From NCBI GenBank assembly GCA_043228905.1, contig JBHGNT010000007.1, positions 20,522,001 to 20,586,000 on the forward strand: DNA of 64,000 nucleotides, written 5' to 3'. The position numbers and the translations under genes were made by a program. Origin of the DNA: Azolla caroliniana (lineage: Eukaryota; Plantae; Polypodiophyta). Shown piece by piece: positions 22,578-33,939 of the stretch; within the stretch, counting starts at the first letter, position 1, and each line of letters starts with the position of its first letter. Under the pieces are notes generated by a model. The model had not been told where the DNA came from and made no database searches. It was given only the letters and a program-made list of their open reading frames with translations.

Positions 22578-22992
22578 CCGGTCAATCATGGAAGCAGCAT
22601 GGGCAATGCTAGAAGAGAAGAGCATGCCCAAATTTTACTGGGCCGAACCATTCAAACCGCAGTGTACATCCAAAATCAGATCAAAATAAAGGTGTCACCA
22701 CATGAGCTATAGTTTTGGCAAAAGCCAAATTTGAAACACCTAAGAGTATTTGGTAGGATTTCATATCTACATGTGCCGGATGAGAAGCGGAAGAAGTTGG
22801 ATGCTAAAGTAGAGAAGTGCATCTTGGTCGGATACTCCCATGAATAGAATGGGTACAAGTGCTACAACCCCCAGACCAAACAAGTGTGAGTAAGCCGAGA
22901 CGTCATGTTCGACAAGTCAGCATCCTAGTATTCTCTTCCATCACCAACTTCCGACGACTCCATACCGATTAGTGAGGATGAAATGATCCGGG

Positions 22993-23022
22993 AAGAAGAA
23001 GAAGAAGAAGAAGAAGAAGAAG
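22993..23022 (+). repeat. (GAA)n microsatellite
   Basis: About 10 GAA units. Confidence 0.9.
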
Positions 23023-23068
23023 ATATCAACACTCTAAAAGAGAGTTTGATTTCATTCCTTCTAAGTGG

Positions 23069-24010
23069 CAAGCAAGATTTACACAAAGGTTATGGACTGG
23101 AAGGAATTAGAGCTCACCCATACAACACAAGCAAGATTTACACAAAAAACACATAGGTGAAACAAAACATTAGTTTGTTGCAAAATAATAGATTCTTTTA
23201 TAATATAAGAATTGTGTTACAACAGGTTGGATATGAAACTGGGAGATAATTTTTGAAAGAAAGGATTCAGCCACCATATGAGGAGTGGTTTGATATGAAT
23301 ATGAGAGATTGTTTTCCCAGGAAATCGGGGAAGACGAAAAAAAAATGAGAAAAGAAGAGAGTGGAATATATAAGGAGTTCTTTGTTGATCATGGCCCTTG
23401 ATGTTCAATTGCATGCGACCACACATGTCCTTACTTTAGTTCCATGCGTTCACACGTGACCTTTACTTTAGTTGCATGGCCTCTAGTTTTAGATGCATGC
23501 GTCCACACATGATCCTTACTTTAGTTGCATTGCCTCTACATTTAGATGCATGCGTCCACACATAAAGTTTACTTTAGTTGTAGGCGGCCGTACAGTTTGA
23601 CCTATGCATGATTCGTCCAGACCGATCCGCGCGTCCGACCGATCCAAAACAATTTTGAGCAGTTCGGCCGCATTCATCCGTCCGAGCAATTCAGTCACAT
23701 TCATCCATCTGAACACTTAAGCCCAATCACCTTGATTGTTCTGTGTTACAAAGACACACATATAAAGAAAAGGTTTTGTGTTACTGCTGAATCCAAAATT
23801 TTCCTGTCTATGTTGGATATCTTAAAGTTCTATTCCCCCATCTTTTCAAGCTTCATACTTACATAACTTGATATGTAGTTGTTTGTTTCATATATAGTAA
23901 AATGCGTTCGGAAGCTCTTGAAGATGTCCATCTTTTCATACCAAGCCATTAAGCTAATCTAAAATAATTATTTCATTATTTTTCATATTGTGTGTGAAGA
24001 ACCACACGAC
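23069..24010. mobile_element. Diverged, truncated relative of family X
   Basis: 23770-24010 resembles 18950-19175 (GCTCTTGAAGA..CCATCTT..ATTAAGCTAAT..TGTGTGAAGAACCACAC). Ends and TSD not found. Confidence 0.55.
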
Positions 24011-25429
24011 CGCGGTAGACGTAGCAAGGGGTTGGCATCTCCACCATAAGGACGTTAAGAACGTGTTTCTTCAAGGAGACCTTGAAGAACAGTTATTTAT
24101 GGTCCAACCCCCTGCTTTTCATTCGAACTTGAACAAGTCGGTAGTATGCCGGTGAAAGAAGTCACTTTATGGTCTCAAACAAGCCCCACGAACTTGGAAC
24201 TCCAAAATCACGCAACGGTTGTGTAAGATGGTGTTTGAGGTCTCCAATTCTTACTCTTCTCTATTCATCCATAAAGGCCCAAAAGGTCTGGTGTGTTCAT
24301 CCATAAAGGTCCAAAAGGTCTGGTGTGCATATTGCTTCCGTAACTAGTAACACCGGGACATTTGAAACAGGTAATATGTCGCATTTTGAGAACTGTCCAT
24401 CAAAAAATGACACAAATTAGGGTGATTCACAAAAAGGGGTGCTGCATGCGTAAAGGAATTTTAAAAATGACCCAAAAATATATTGATTTTTAACATGTAT
24501 GGAAATTTAGGTGTTCAAAAAAATGCCTAAATAATGGACATGCCAAACTTACAAATGAATGTCCAAAATGACTAACCCCAATATTTATAGAAATTCTGAA
24601 TCCAAATCTTGATGTGCAATACAATATTTATAGTTAACGTATCAGGACAATCATTTTTCAAGTTTATGTCATCATCTTCATACCCATTAGATGAACTAGT
24701 ACGAGTTTATGAGGTCTCATCCTCATCATCAATGGCAACTAATGCATTGTGTTGATCCAATTGCAATCCAACCTCATCGAGTTTATGAGTCATGCTTCTT
24801 GTTTGTCTTTGTGTTGTGTCTGAAGCCACATTCTAGATCCTCTTTTAGTATCTTCATTGTGGTCTGTCACAGATAACTTGTTTTGGTCAAAGATAAGTCA
24901 TACACTAATATATAAACATTATCCAATGTAAGAGTAGATGTGCTTGATGCATCTTTCCTCCTCACTTTTTGGTTATGATATTTCATTATGTACTTTCCAT
25001 TTACAAGATTAGATTATGTGAGAGAAGCTTTCTACCAAAATCATTAGAATCTAAAAAATGTCTTAAAGATGTTTTCCATTTTTCTTAGATTCTCATAGTA
25101 AGCCTTTGATGTCATACAGAAATCCGATTCATTCCATCTAGATTTGACGCAACATGTCGAATTTTACTCTATACATCTAGAATTGGATATAATGCATCAG
25201 ATTCCTGTAAGTCTTGGAATTTTTTTTAAAATTTCCATTAAAAAAATACTCTTGCATTTTAATGCATTGCATTGAATTCTAGCTACATAGAATAAAATAT
25301 GATACATTGCATGGATTTCCCAAAAATACATAAATAAATACAAATTGAAAAAATAAAACATTTTCCCATAAATAAATAAATAAACATTTTTTATTTTACT
25401 AGTAAATAAATAAATAAAAATTGAAAAAT

Positions 25430-26228
25430 TAGATTTCAATAGAAATCCAATTCCGTGCATCGGATTCAATTGAAAATCCAATTTCTCTTATTTTTTTGAA
25501 AATTTTCTTATTTTTTGAATTGTTTTTGAATTTGTTTTTATTTTTCCCATAAAAAAATAAATAAAAATTGAAAAAATGGATTTTCAACGGAAATCCGATG
25601 CACTGCATCGGATTTTGGTTGAAAGTCCACTTTTACGTATTTTTTTCCAAAATTTCTTTTTTTTTGGAATTCTTTTGAATTTTTTTGAATTTTTTCTATA
25701 AAAAATAAATAAATATTGAAAAAATAGATTTTCAATGGAAATCCGATGCACTGCATCGGATTTCCGTAGAAAATCCACTTTTTCTTTTTTTTTTCCAAAT
25801 TTTCATAGTTTTTAGAATTTTTTTGGTATTTTGTTTGTCTATTTTCTCATAAATAACTATATAGAAATTGAAAAAATGAATTTTCAAAGGAAATCCGATT
25901 TTCTACTGAAAGTCCACTTTTTGCTATTTGTTACCAAATTTTCATATTTTAAAATATTTTTTTGTATTTTTTAAATTTTTTTTCATTTTTTCCCATAAAT
26001 AAATAAATAAAAATGGCAAAAAATGGGTTTTCAACAGAAATCCGATGCACTACATCGGATTTCTATTGAAAATCCATTTTGTCTTATTTGTTTCCAATTT
26101 TTCAGATATTTTGAATTTGTTTTTGTATTTGTTTTGAATTGTTTTTGTTTTTATCATAAATAAATATATAGGAATTGAAAAAAATGGATTTTCAATGGAA
26201 ATCCGATGCACTGCATCGGATTTCCATT
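25430..26228. repeat. Tandem array of ~150-bp AT-rich units, each centred on the palindrome AAATCCGATGCA-C-TGCATCGGATTT
   Basis: Cores at ~25443, 25590, 25739, 25890 (half), 26038 and 26199. The last has perfect 18-bp arms. Confidence 0.9.
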
Positions 26229-27031
26229 GGCCTAGCTACTTGTAAATGTTTTTGGCCAACCAAAACTGGCGACGAAACCGATGAGTCGGCGGTCGGCAAC
26301 CGGTCGGTGAGCGGCAAGCGACTCGGGATGCAGACCGAACTGGATCCGGATGCGAACTGGGCCAGACCAAATGGATGCAAGTCGGACGGATTGGTCGGAT
26401 CGGTTGATCGTGGTGTATGGTGTCTTAAAGATATTTGGTCCAAAAGCCTAATAGTATTTTGTGCATAAAAGAAAAAGATGTAAGCAAGACTCAAACTTAA
26501 CACCTCCAAGATACGAAGCAATAGGCTTACCATTAAGCCAAACCATTTCTTTAAGGATTATATTTTTATCATTATAGCTTTACATGTAAATTCTCATGTG
26601 TGAGAGCTTAGATGATGACATGGCAAGCATGCATTGCATGCATTTCATGCATTTCGTGCATGTCTTGCACCCTCACATGCACCATATGCATGGGGGCATC
26701 TATAAAAGAGTGGAGGAATCAAGCAAAAGGGGGATTTTTATCAGGCAAGCTTTATACTTTATATCAAAATTAATATTAAGAAGAAAAATCGTTATCCTTC
26801 TGATGATATACCTTGTTCTTTAAATCTAAAGTTAATAGTTCAATCTTAATCTCTCTTTCTATTTCAATAGTTCTGAATCTGTTTTAAAATTGGAATCTTA
26901 ATCTCAATCTCTCTCTCCCAATCTATCTTAAATACTTTTTCGCTAAACTAGTGCAAACTTCGAATCCTTCCGGTTCAGGACCCCCACGGTTCCGCCTCAC
27001 GATCCGCACGTAGTGACGAAGCTTCACGACA
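26229..27031 (+). mobile_element. Family X copy 3, opposite orientation, truncated by the palindrome array
   Basis: Reverse complement of 17997-18845. Terminus CTTCACGACA at 27031 lies inside the 3' LTR of element D. CTATAAAAG at 26700. Confidence 0.85.
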
Positions 27032-30000
27032 ACGTACTTCAATATTCCTATGTGTGACTGACACTAATTTCAAGACCATGATTACCTAGTAGTCTAGGCT
27101 ACTACTAGGCTTCCGGTTCCCGCTCGAATCCGGCTCTCCGATCCAGCCGGTTGTATCCAGATACCATCCGGATACCGATCCGGTTCATCCTTCCAGATGT
27201 CGATCCGGCTCAGGCTTATTCAACTGATCCAAATCCGGTTGATCTTGCTTGCTCAACACTCCCCCTCAACCTCTACTTGAGGTCGGATCGTGGTGTTAGT
27301 GTCTGTGGCAACCGGTTCTTCTACCCGACTCCTTCTAGTATCGCTCCGCCTTGCTCGTGCTCCTCGTCTGGTCTAGTCCTGTTTGTTGCGACCCTTCTAG
27401 TTCTGCGCACCTCAACCTCCTCGGTCGGCTTGTCTGCTTAACATGCCCATTTCAGCTCCCTCATTGTTGCGATTCCAGTGCTTGTCGACCCGTCGATTCC
27501 TTCGTGTTGGTGTCGATTTCTGCTGCGTCCGTGTCCGCTTGGCCTTTCGGTGATCTGGCTCCTCCGAATCCAACTGTTGAAACGAATCGGTTGTCTCTGA
27601 TTCGTTCCTGCTCTTGTCTGAGTCAGTGTTCTACAACTCGTCTTCCGGTTTCAGGCCCTTCACCACATCAGAACAAGTGCAGCATGTTGAGATGTTGAAC
27701 ACCAAGCATTTCGGTGAAGTGTTGCAACTTGTCCGATCCGAGTGGTTTGGTGAAGTTGTTGCCAACCTGTCGATCCATCTAAACATACCGAAGTTCGACT
27801 TCACCGCTCAGGACCCGCTCACGCACGAAGTGATAATGCACTGCTATGTGCTTTGTTCGAGCATGGAATACGGGGTTCTTGGTGAGCTGTATGTTGCTTA
27901 TGTTGTCGTAGTAGATTAGGATCAGGGTCGGCACCTCGATGCAGAGATCTCACAACAGTCGCTGAAGCCAGATGGCTTCATAGGTGGCATTGGTAGCGCC
28001 TCGGTATTCAACCTCAGTATTCGACAAAGCCATTGTTAGCTGCTTTTTGCTACTCCACGCAACAGCTGCGCTACCAAGGGAAAACATGTACCCGGAGGTG
28101 GATCGGCAATCCGATGCATCACCAGCCCAGTTGGCATCTGTGTATCCGACTAGCACTTCAGTTATACCATGCCGATATAACAGTCCCCGGTCCTTCGTGC
28201 CACTCACATTCCGCAATATTCGATGCGCACACTGAAGGTGCTCCACGGTTGGCTTCTGCATGAATTGGTTGATCACACCGACCGGATAACTGATGTCGGG
28301 TCGGGTGATTGTCAAGTATATCAAGCTTCTGGTTCTGGTCTAGGGGTGTGGAGACATGTCGGCATTCCGTCATGCCGAACTTGTACAGTATATTCAAGAC
28401 ATAGTGTCGTTGTGTGAGCATTATGCCGTGGGGGGTTCGGATCACCTCGATCCCAAGGAAATAATGAAGGTCCCCTAGCTCGTTCATCTCAAATGCGTCT
28501 GACAAATGGGCCTTGAGGCGGCCGATTTCATTGAGTCCGGGTCCGTTGATGACTAAATCATCTACATAAAGTAAGATGCAAACCGGACCGTCCGGACCTT
28601 GCCGGATGAACAATGATGAGTCAGATTTAGAGGTCACAAACCCCATCTTACGCAACCAGTGCGTGATCTTCACATTCCAAGCTCGGGGGGCTTGTTTCAA
28701 ACTATAAAGCGACTTCTTAAGCCGGCACAACACCGACTTGTTCATCTCCGACTGAAAACTGGGAGGTTGGATCACATAGACCCATTCTTCAAGGTCACCT
28801 TGAAGAAACACATTCTTCACGTTCATCTGGTGAAGATGCCACCCCCATCCTGCAACAACCGCTAGTACCACATGAACCGTCATCATCTTCGCTACCAGAG
28901 CGAAGGTCTCGTCGTAGTCGATTTTGTGGGTTTGTGCGTATCCCTTCGCCATTAACCGGGCCTTGTACCAGTTAACCGAACCGTCGACGTTGTACTTTAG
29001 CTTGTACACCCATTTGCAAACGATCAGTTTACAATGTCAGGGAGGGTCAACGAGTTCCCATGTGTCGTTGGCATCGAGTGCCCACATTTCATCTTCCATA
29101 GTGGCATGCCAATTTGTGTCATTTGCCATAGTAGCTCTCTGGCTCACACACTTCCGCCACTTTGGTCATTTACACATTGTGATGCGCCATGTACTCATTG
29201 TACCCGTATCGTGTAACGGGGTTCTTCCAGCGGGAAGACCAACGTAACTTGTCATCACCCAGTTTGGGGCCCTTCTTGGCCAGTTCAGACTTCGTTCCCG
29301 AAGATCCTGCTTCCTTTCTGGAGTCGGATTTACGCCAATTTGACCCTTCACTGTCGGTATCGTATTACGGCATCTTCTTCTTCCCCTTCTCTTTGCGCAT
29401 GAACCGTCTCCCAGGTTCCTTGCACAGGGAGAGCACGGTAGAGTCTCCACTACTCGTCGGTTCTTCATCCAACTGGTCATCCTGACTCAGCCGCTCATTC
29501 AACCCACTTAGCCGAAATGAGACCAGACTCTCTTCTAGAGTGCCGAAGTCTTCATCTTGTTCTTGAACCTCTCCAAGTTCACTAGCATCATCCTCCGGAA
29601 TCGGGTCTTCGTCGGGAGTTGGAATCGGTAGGGAGTACCAGGATGCCGACTCATCAAACTCGACATCTCGACTTACTCGGACCTGCTTCGTATGGGGGTT
29701 ATAGCACTTATACCCCTTCTGCTCATGCGAGTAACCGACCAGGATGCAATTCTCCGACTTCGGATCAAGCTTCCTCCGCTTCTCATCCGGTACATGCATA
29801 TATGCTATGCTGCCAAATATCCAAAGGTGTCTCAAATTCGGTTTCTGCCTGAAATACAGCTCATGTGCTGACACCTTACATTGTCTCCGATCTGGTTTTG
29901 GATGTAGACGGCCGTTCGGACCACCTCAGCCCAATAGAATTGGGGCATGTTCTTTCTCTCGGCCATATCGTTTTGTTCCGGTGTGTATCGGCAATTGAAT

Positions 30001-32374
30001 TCTCTCCGAATTTCGTTCTGCTGGAGATAACTGTGAATTGGCCCGAAAAGTATTCTTTTCCACCATCTGACCACAGGCACTTGATTTTCCTCTCCGTTTC
30101 CCTTTCGACTAAGCTTTGAAGGTTCCGGAAACGGTCAAAGACTTTGCTTTTCTTCTCGATGAGGTAGATCCACATATGTCGACTATCGTCGTTGATGAAG
30201 GAGACAAAATATTGACTCCCGCCAAGACTAACGTTTTGTGTTGGTCCCCATACATCTGAATAGATTAAGTCGAGCTTGCTACGGCTCTAGTTTCGTTCAG
30301 TGGGGAATGGAATCCGGTGTTGATTTTCAAGTTGGCAGGCTTCACAAATTTCGACCTTCCGGCCGCTAAATTTCAGCAAACCAAAAACAACTTGTTTCGA
30401 TTGCAAGTCCTAAAGCCTCCGATAGTTAACGTGGCCGATCCGCTTGTGCCACAGGTCGATGTCCGACTCGACGTTCTGCCCTTTCGCAAACATAGCAGTG
30501 CCGACGTCATTAGTGTTGAGAATCAACATCCTCCCGTCTCTGCGCCCTTGCGCGATTATCCGGCCTTCTTCTTTGATGAAGCACCCGAGGTGCGTAAACC
30601 ACACCTGCATTCCCTAGTCAACGATTTGTCCAACCGACACCAGGTTCTTTGTGATAGTCAGAACATGTAGTACGTTCATCAACTTCCCCTTTTCTCTGAC
30701 ATGGCTTAAAGGGACTTCTCCGACATGCACAATCGGGTGAGGGGTGTCATCTCTGGTTTCGACAATCCTGGGTTGTTCCGGTTTCTCCAAAAAGGAGAAC
30801 CACTCTTCATGGCTCGTCATGTGGTTGGACGCTTCGGAATCAACGTACCATACTTCCTCCAATTTGGAAGTAGTCTTCTTCATGGAGTTAGCCTTGTGCT
30901 TCATCACAAAGGCTAGCCGTTTACCGGACTTCCCGGTTCCGGATCCTTCCGATCCTTCCGCGTAGTGCGAGCTTTGTCGGTTTTCCCGACCTATCTTGCC
31001 GGATCCGGATTTGTCCGAATCGACGCGCTTCTTCTAGCACTCGCTATCCCTGTGGCCCTTTTTGCCACAGTACCAGCATTCCAGGTCAACTTTTCCTTGC
31101 TGGTTTTCGGCGCCGCTTTGACTCCCCCTACTTGTGGAGGGTCTGGAACTGCTATCGCACTATCTCTGTGCCTTCGGTCCTGCTCTTGCCGGCCGCCTCC
31201 ATTATGTGTTGACCCCCCTCGTCCTCCACGTCCATAGGGCCAATCCAACTCCATGTACAACATCCGGTTTTCTTCGACCATCAACATTGATTGTAAGTTG
31301 ATGAAGGACGGTGGCTTCTCCTAGGTGCAGATCGTTGTCCGGATTGGCCCGTACCTTTGCCCTACACCATCGAGGCAGATTTGTACCATCTCGTCTTCGT
31401 CCACCGTCACATTGATGGACCCGAGCGTGTCACAAATCTCCTTTATCTTGGTGGTGTAGTCCATAACCGACATGTCTCTTTGTCGGATGTTGTTCAACTC
31501 TTGCCGGAGCTGCAATTTATGGGTTGTGGTACTCGCGGCAAAAATCTTCCTCAGATTTCCCCAGCCCTCCTTCGGCGTTTTTGCATCCTTTATGTAGCCA
31601 AGCATCTGGTCGTGCACAAAGGACATGAGGCAGTACAATACTCTGCTCACTCCTTGCTCCCATACCAAGAAGTCCTGGTGTGTCAGCTCCGGCGCTACCT
31701 CATTTGTTCCTTCCACCAAGCTCCAATATCCATGCCCCAGCAGGTACTGGTGCATCTTGTATGACCAGGACGCGTAGTTGCTCCAGTCAAGCTTCTCTGT
31801 TGGAAGTGAACTCGCCATTCCTCTGTCCATATCTTCTCTCTGTCTCTTGTGACCGGGTTCTAGGGTTTGTCTACGAAAGCAAGTGTCGGTTGCAGAGGTT
31901 CTCAACCCTCACGATCCGATACCATGTGAATGTTAACATGTTGAAGCGTTAGACAGAACTGGCTCAGCCAGATCACAATAGAGAATAAGATGAAGGTTTA
32001 ATGGAAAAGCTTAATACATAGAGAGTATATGTGGGAGAGACAAAGAGAGCAGAACGTAAACGTAGATAATAAAATCACTTTGTACACACAATGTGCTATA
32101 ATAGCACGATTTATACAAGTCCATAAAAGGACTGACAAAAGTACCACGTACTTCAATATTCCTACGTGCAATTGACACTAACTTCAAGACCATGATTACC
32201 TAGTAGTCTAGGCTACTACTAGGCTTCCGGTTCCCGCTTGAATTCGGCTCTCCGATACGTCTCCCGATCCGGGCCAGTTATATCCGGATACTGATCTAGC
32301 TCATCCTTCCAGATGCCGATCCGGCTCGGGCTTATTTAGCTGATCCGGATTCGGTTGAGCTTGCTTGCTCAACA
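27032..32374 (-). mobile_element. Degenerate Copia element D (second lineage)
   Basis: 5' LTR ~31925-32374, PBS TGGTATCGGATC at 31913-31924, gag (LPTEKLD.SNYASWSYKM), WYVDSEAS, IN, YVDD RT, RNase H, PPT 27259-27272, and 3' LTR remnant 27032-27258. Confidence 0.88.
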
Positions 32375-32860
32375 AACCTAATATCAGTCGATCGGCTAGA
32401 TGATGAAGGCTACACAGGTAGTGCCAGGAATAGTACTAAAACAAAGAGAAAATTAGTACTAGAGAAGGGTAGTACTATTAGTACTAAGAGGACGGGATTG
32501 CGTAAGACTCCTGAGAGGGCAAGAGAGGAGAGGAGAGAGAGCGAGATAGTGAGGACGAGAGAGAGAGAGAGAAATGATGATAACAGATTATATATTATAG
32601 GAAAAGTAAGTACAAAGGGCTATGAGGCTAAAGACTGGCATTGAACCAATTTGGTTCGAAATAATGCCTTGTGCCTCCTTTTATAGTGTTGTTAGGAGTA
32701 CTCCTGAAGTTTCTAGAATGTTCCAGAGAACTCTAGAATATACATCAATTTCCTATAATAAAACTTAAATGAAAATAATATCTTTTGTATTACAATACAT
32801 AGTCTAATGGTAAGAGCTCGACCCATGTAGCATAAGGTCATGGGTTCGAGTCTTGCCATA

Positions 32861-33187
32861 TCATGACACTATCCCCCCTTTAAAATGACGAGTGTCACGA
32901 GTCGTTTTGGATTGAGGACCCGATTTGTGTGGATATTGACAATGGAAGTATTCAAGAAGAGCACGAGCATTGGTCAAATTCTCGATCGGTTCCCAAGTAC
33001 GTTCGTTGGGACTATATCCTAGCCAATCTACTAGATAGTAGAGCTTGTTGCGAACAATCTTGGAATCAAGGTTGGCAACAACCTCGTACTTCGGTTCATC
33101 TTCAAGCTCGATCGGGGGTGGAGGTTGTATAATACGTCCTAGGATGGTGCTCTCGTGATAGGAGTCGAGGAGAGAACTATGAAACAT
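32861..33187 (-). pseudogene. Integrase C-terminus with group I chromodomain
   Basis: FH.SLL..Y...PPP.....EPKYEVVANLDSKIVRNKLYYLVDWLGYSPNERTWEPIENL. Confidence 0.9.
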
Positions 33188-33939
33188 CGGATGTATCCGA
33201 AGTTGCGGAGGTAGATCAAGACGAAAGCAACATCATTAATCTTTCCGATAATACGGAAAGGACCTAATCGCCGATAATCCAACTTCTCACATGGGCGAGT
33301 AGTCTTGATGTGTCGTCGTAGCAGTCATACCCAATCTCCAATGTTAAAACTGGATGGAAGTCGATGACGATCCGTGTAGACCTTGTGTGTTTGTTGAGAT
33401 TGCTAGAGATGAGTAGATAAATCTGCTTGTATCTTGCGTAACCGCTCCAAACGATCCTCCGCGCAAGGATTTGTGGACACCTCTAGGGTTTCAAGTACAC
33501 ACCATCGGGGGTGACATCCCGTATAAGCATAAAATGGCGTAACTTTAGTCGATGCGTGGATAGAGTTATTATAGGCAAATTTGGCGAAGTGGAGAATATC
33601 TACCCAGTCATCCTGATGATAGCTGAGAAAGCACCGCAGATACTGCTCCAACATTTGATTTGTGCGTTCGGCTTGGCCGTCGGTTTGTGGGTGGTAGCCG
33701 GAGGAGAGGTTACAAGTGACCTTGAGCATTTTAAAAAGGTGCTTCCAGAATTTTGACACGAACTGGGGTCCACGATCACTGATGATACTATCGGGAAGTC
33801 CATGATGCCGACATACTTCACGCATGACAATTTCGGCGGTGTCTTCACTGGAGATTTCCTTAGTACATGGCAAGAAATGAGCCATCTTCGTATATCGATC
33901 TAGCACTGTTAGAATCGCATTGAACCCCTTAGAGACTGG

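Larger units (their letters stand above)
20340..24337 (+). pseudogene. Fragments of a second Copia lineage (D-family) IN/RT, interrupted
   Basis: LHVPTIT.NLV.VGQIVD, LWHKRIGH and KLD.K.EKCI.VGYS motifs. RT fragment 24011-24337 ends just before YVDD. Confidence 0.75.

Noticed and set aside
24338-24400. Helitron 3' end (CTAG on the minus strand)
   Set aside because: No convincing GC-rich hairpin and no 5' TC terminus identified.
25430-26228. CRISPR-like array of palindromic repeats with spacers
   Set aside because: Eukaryotic context, no cas genes, and the ~125-bp spacers are homologous low-complexity copies of each other.
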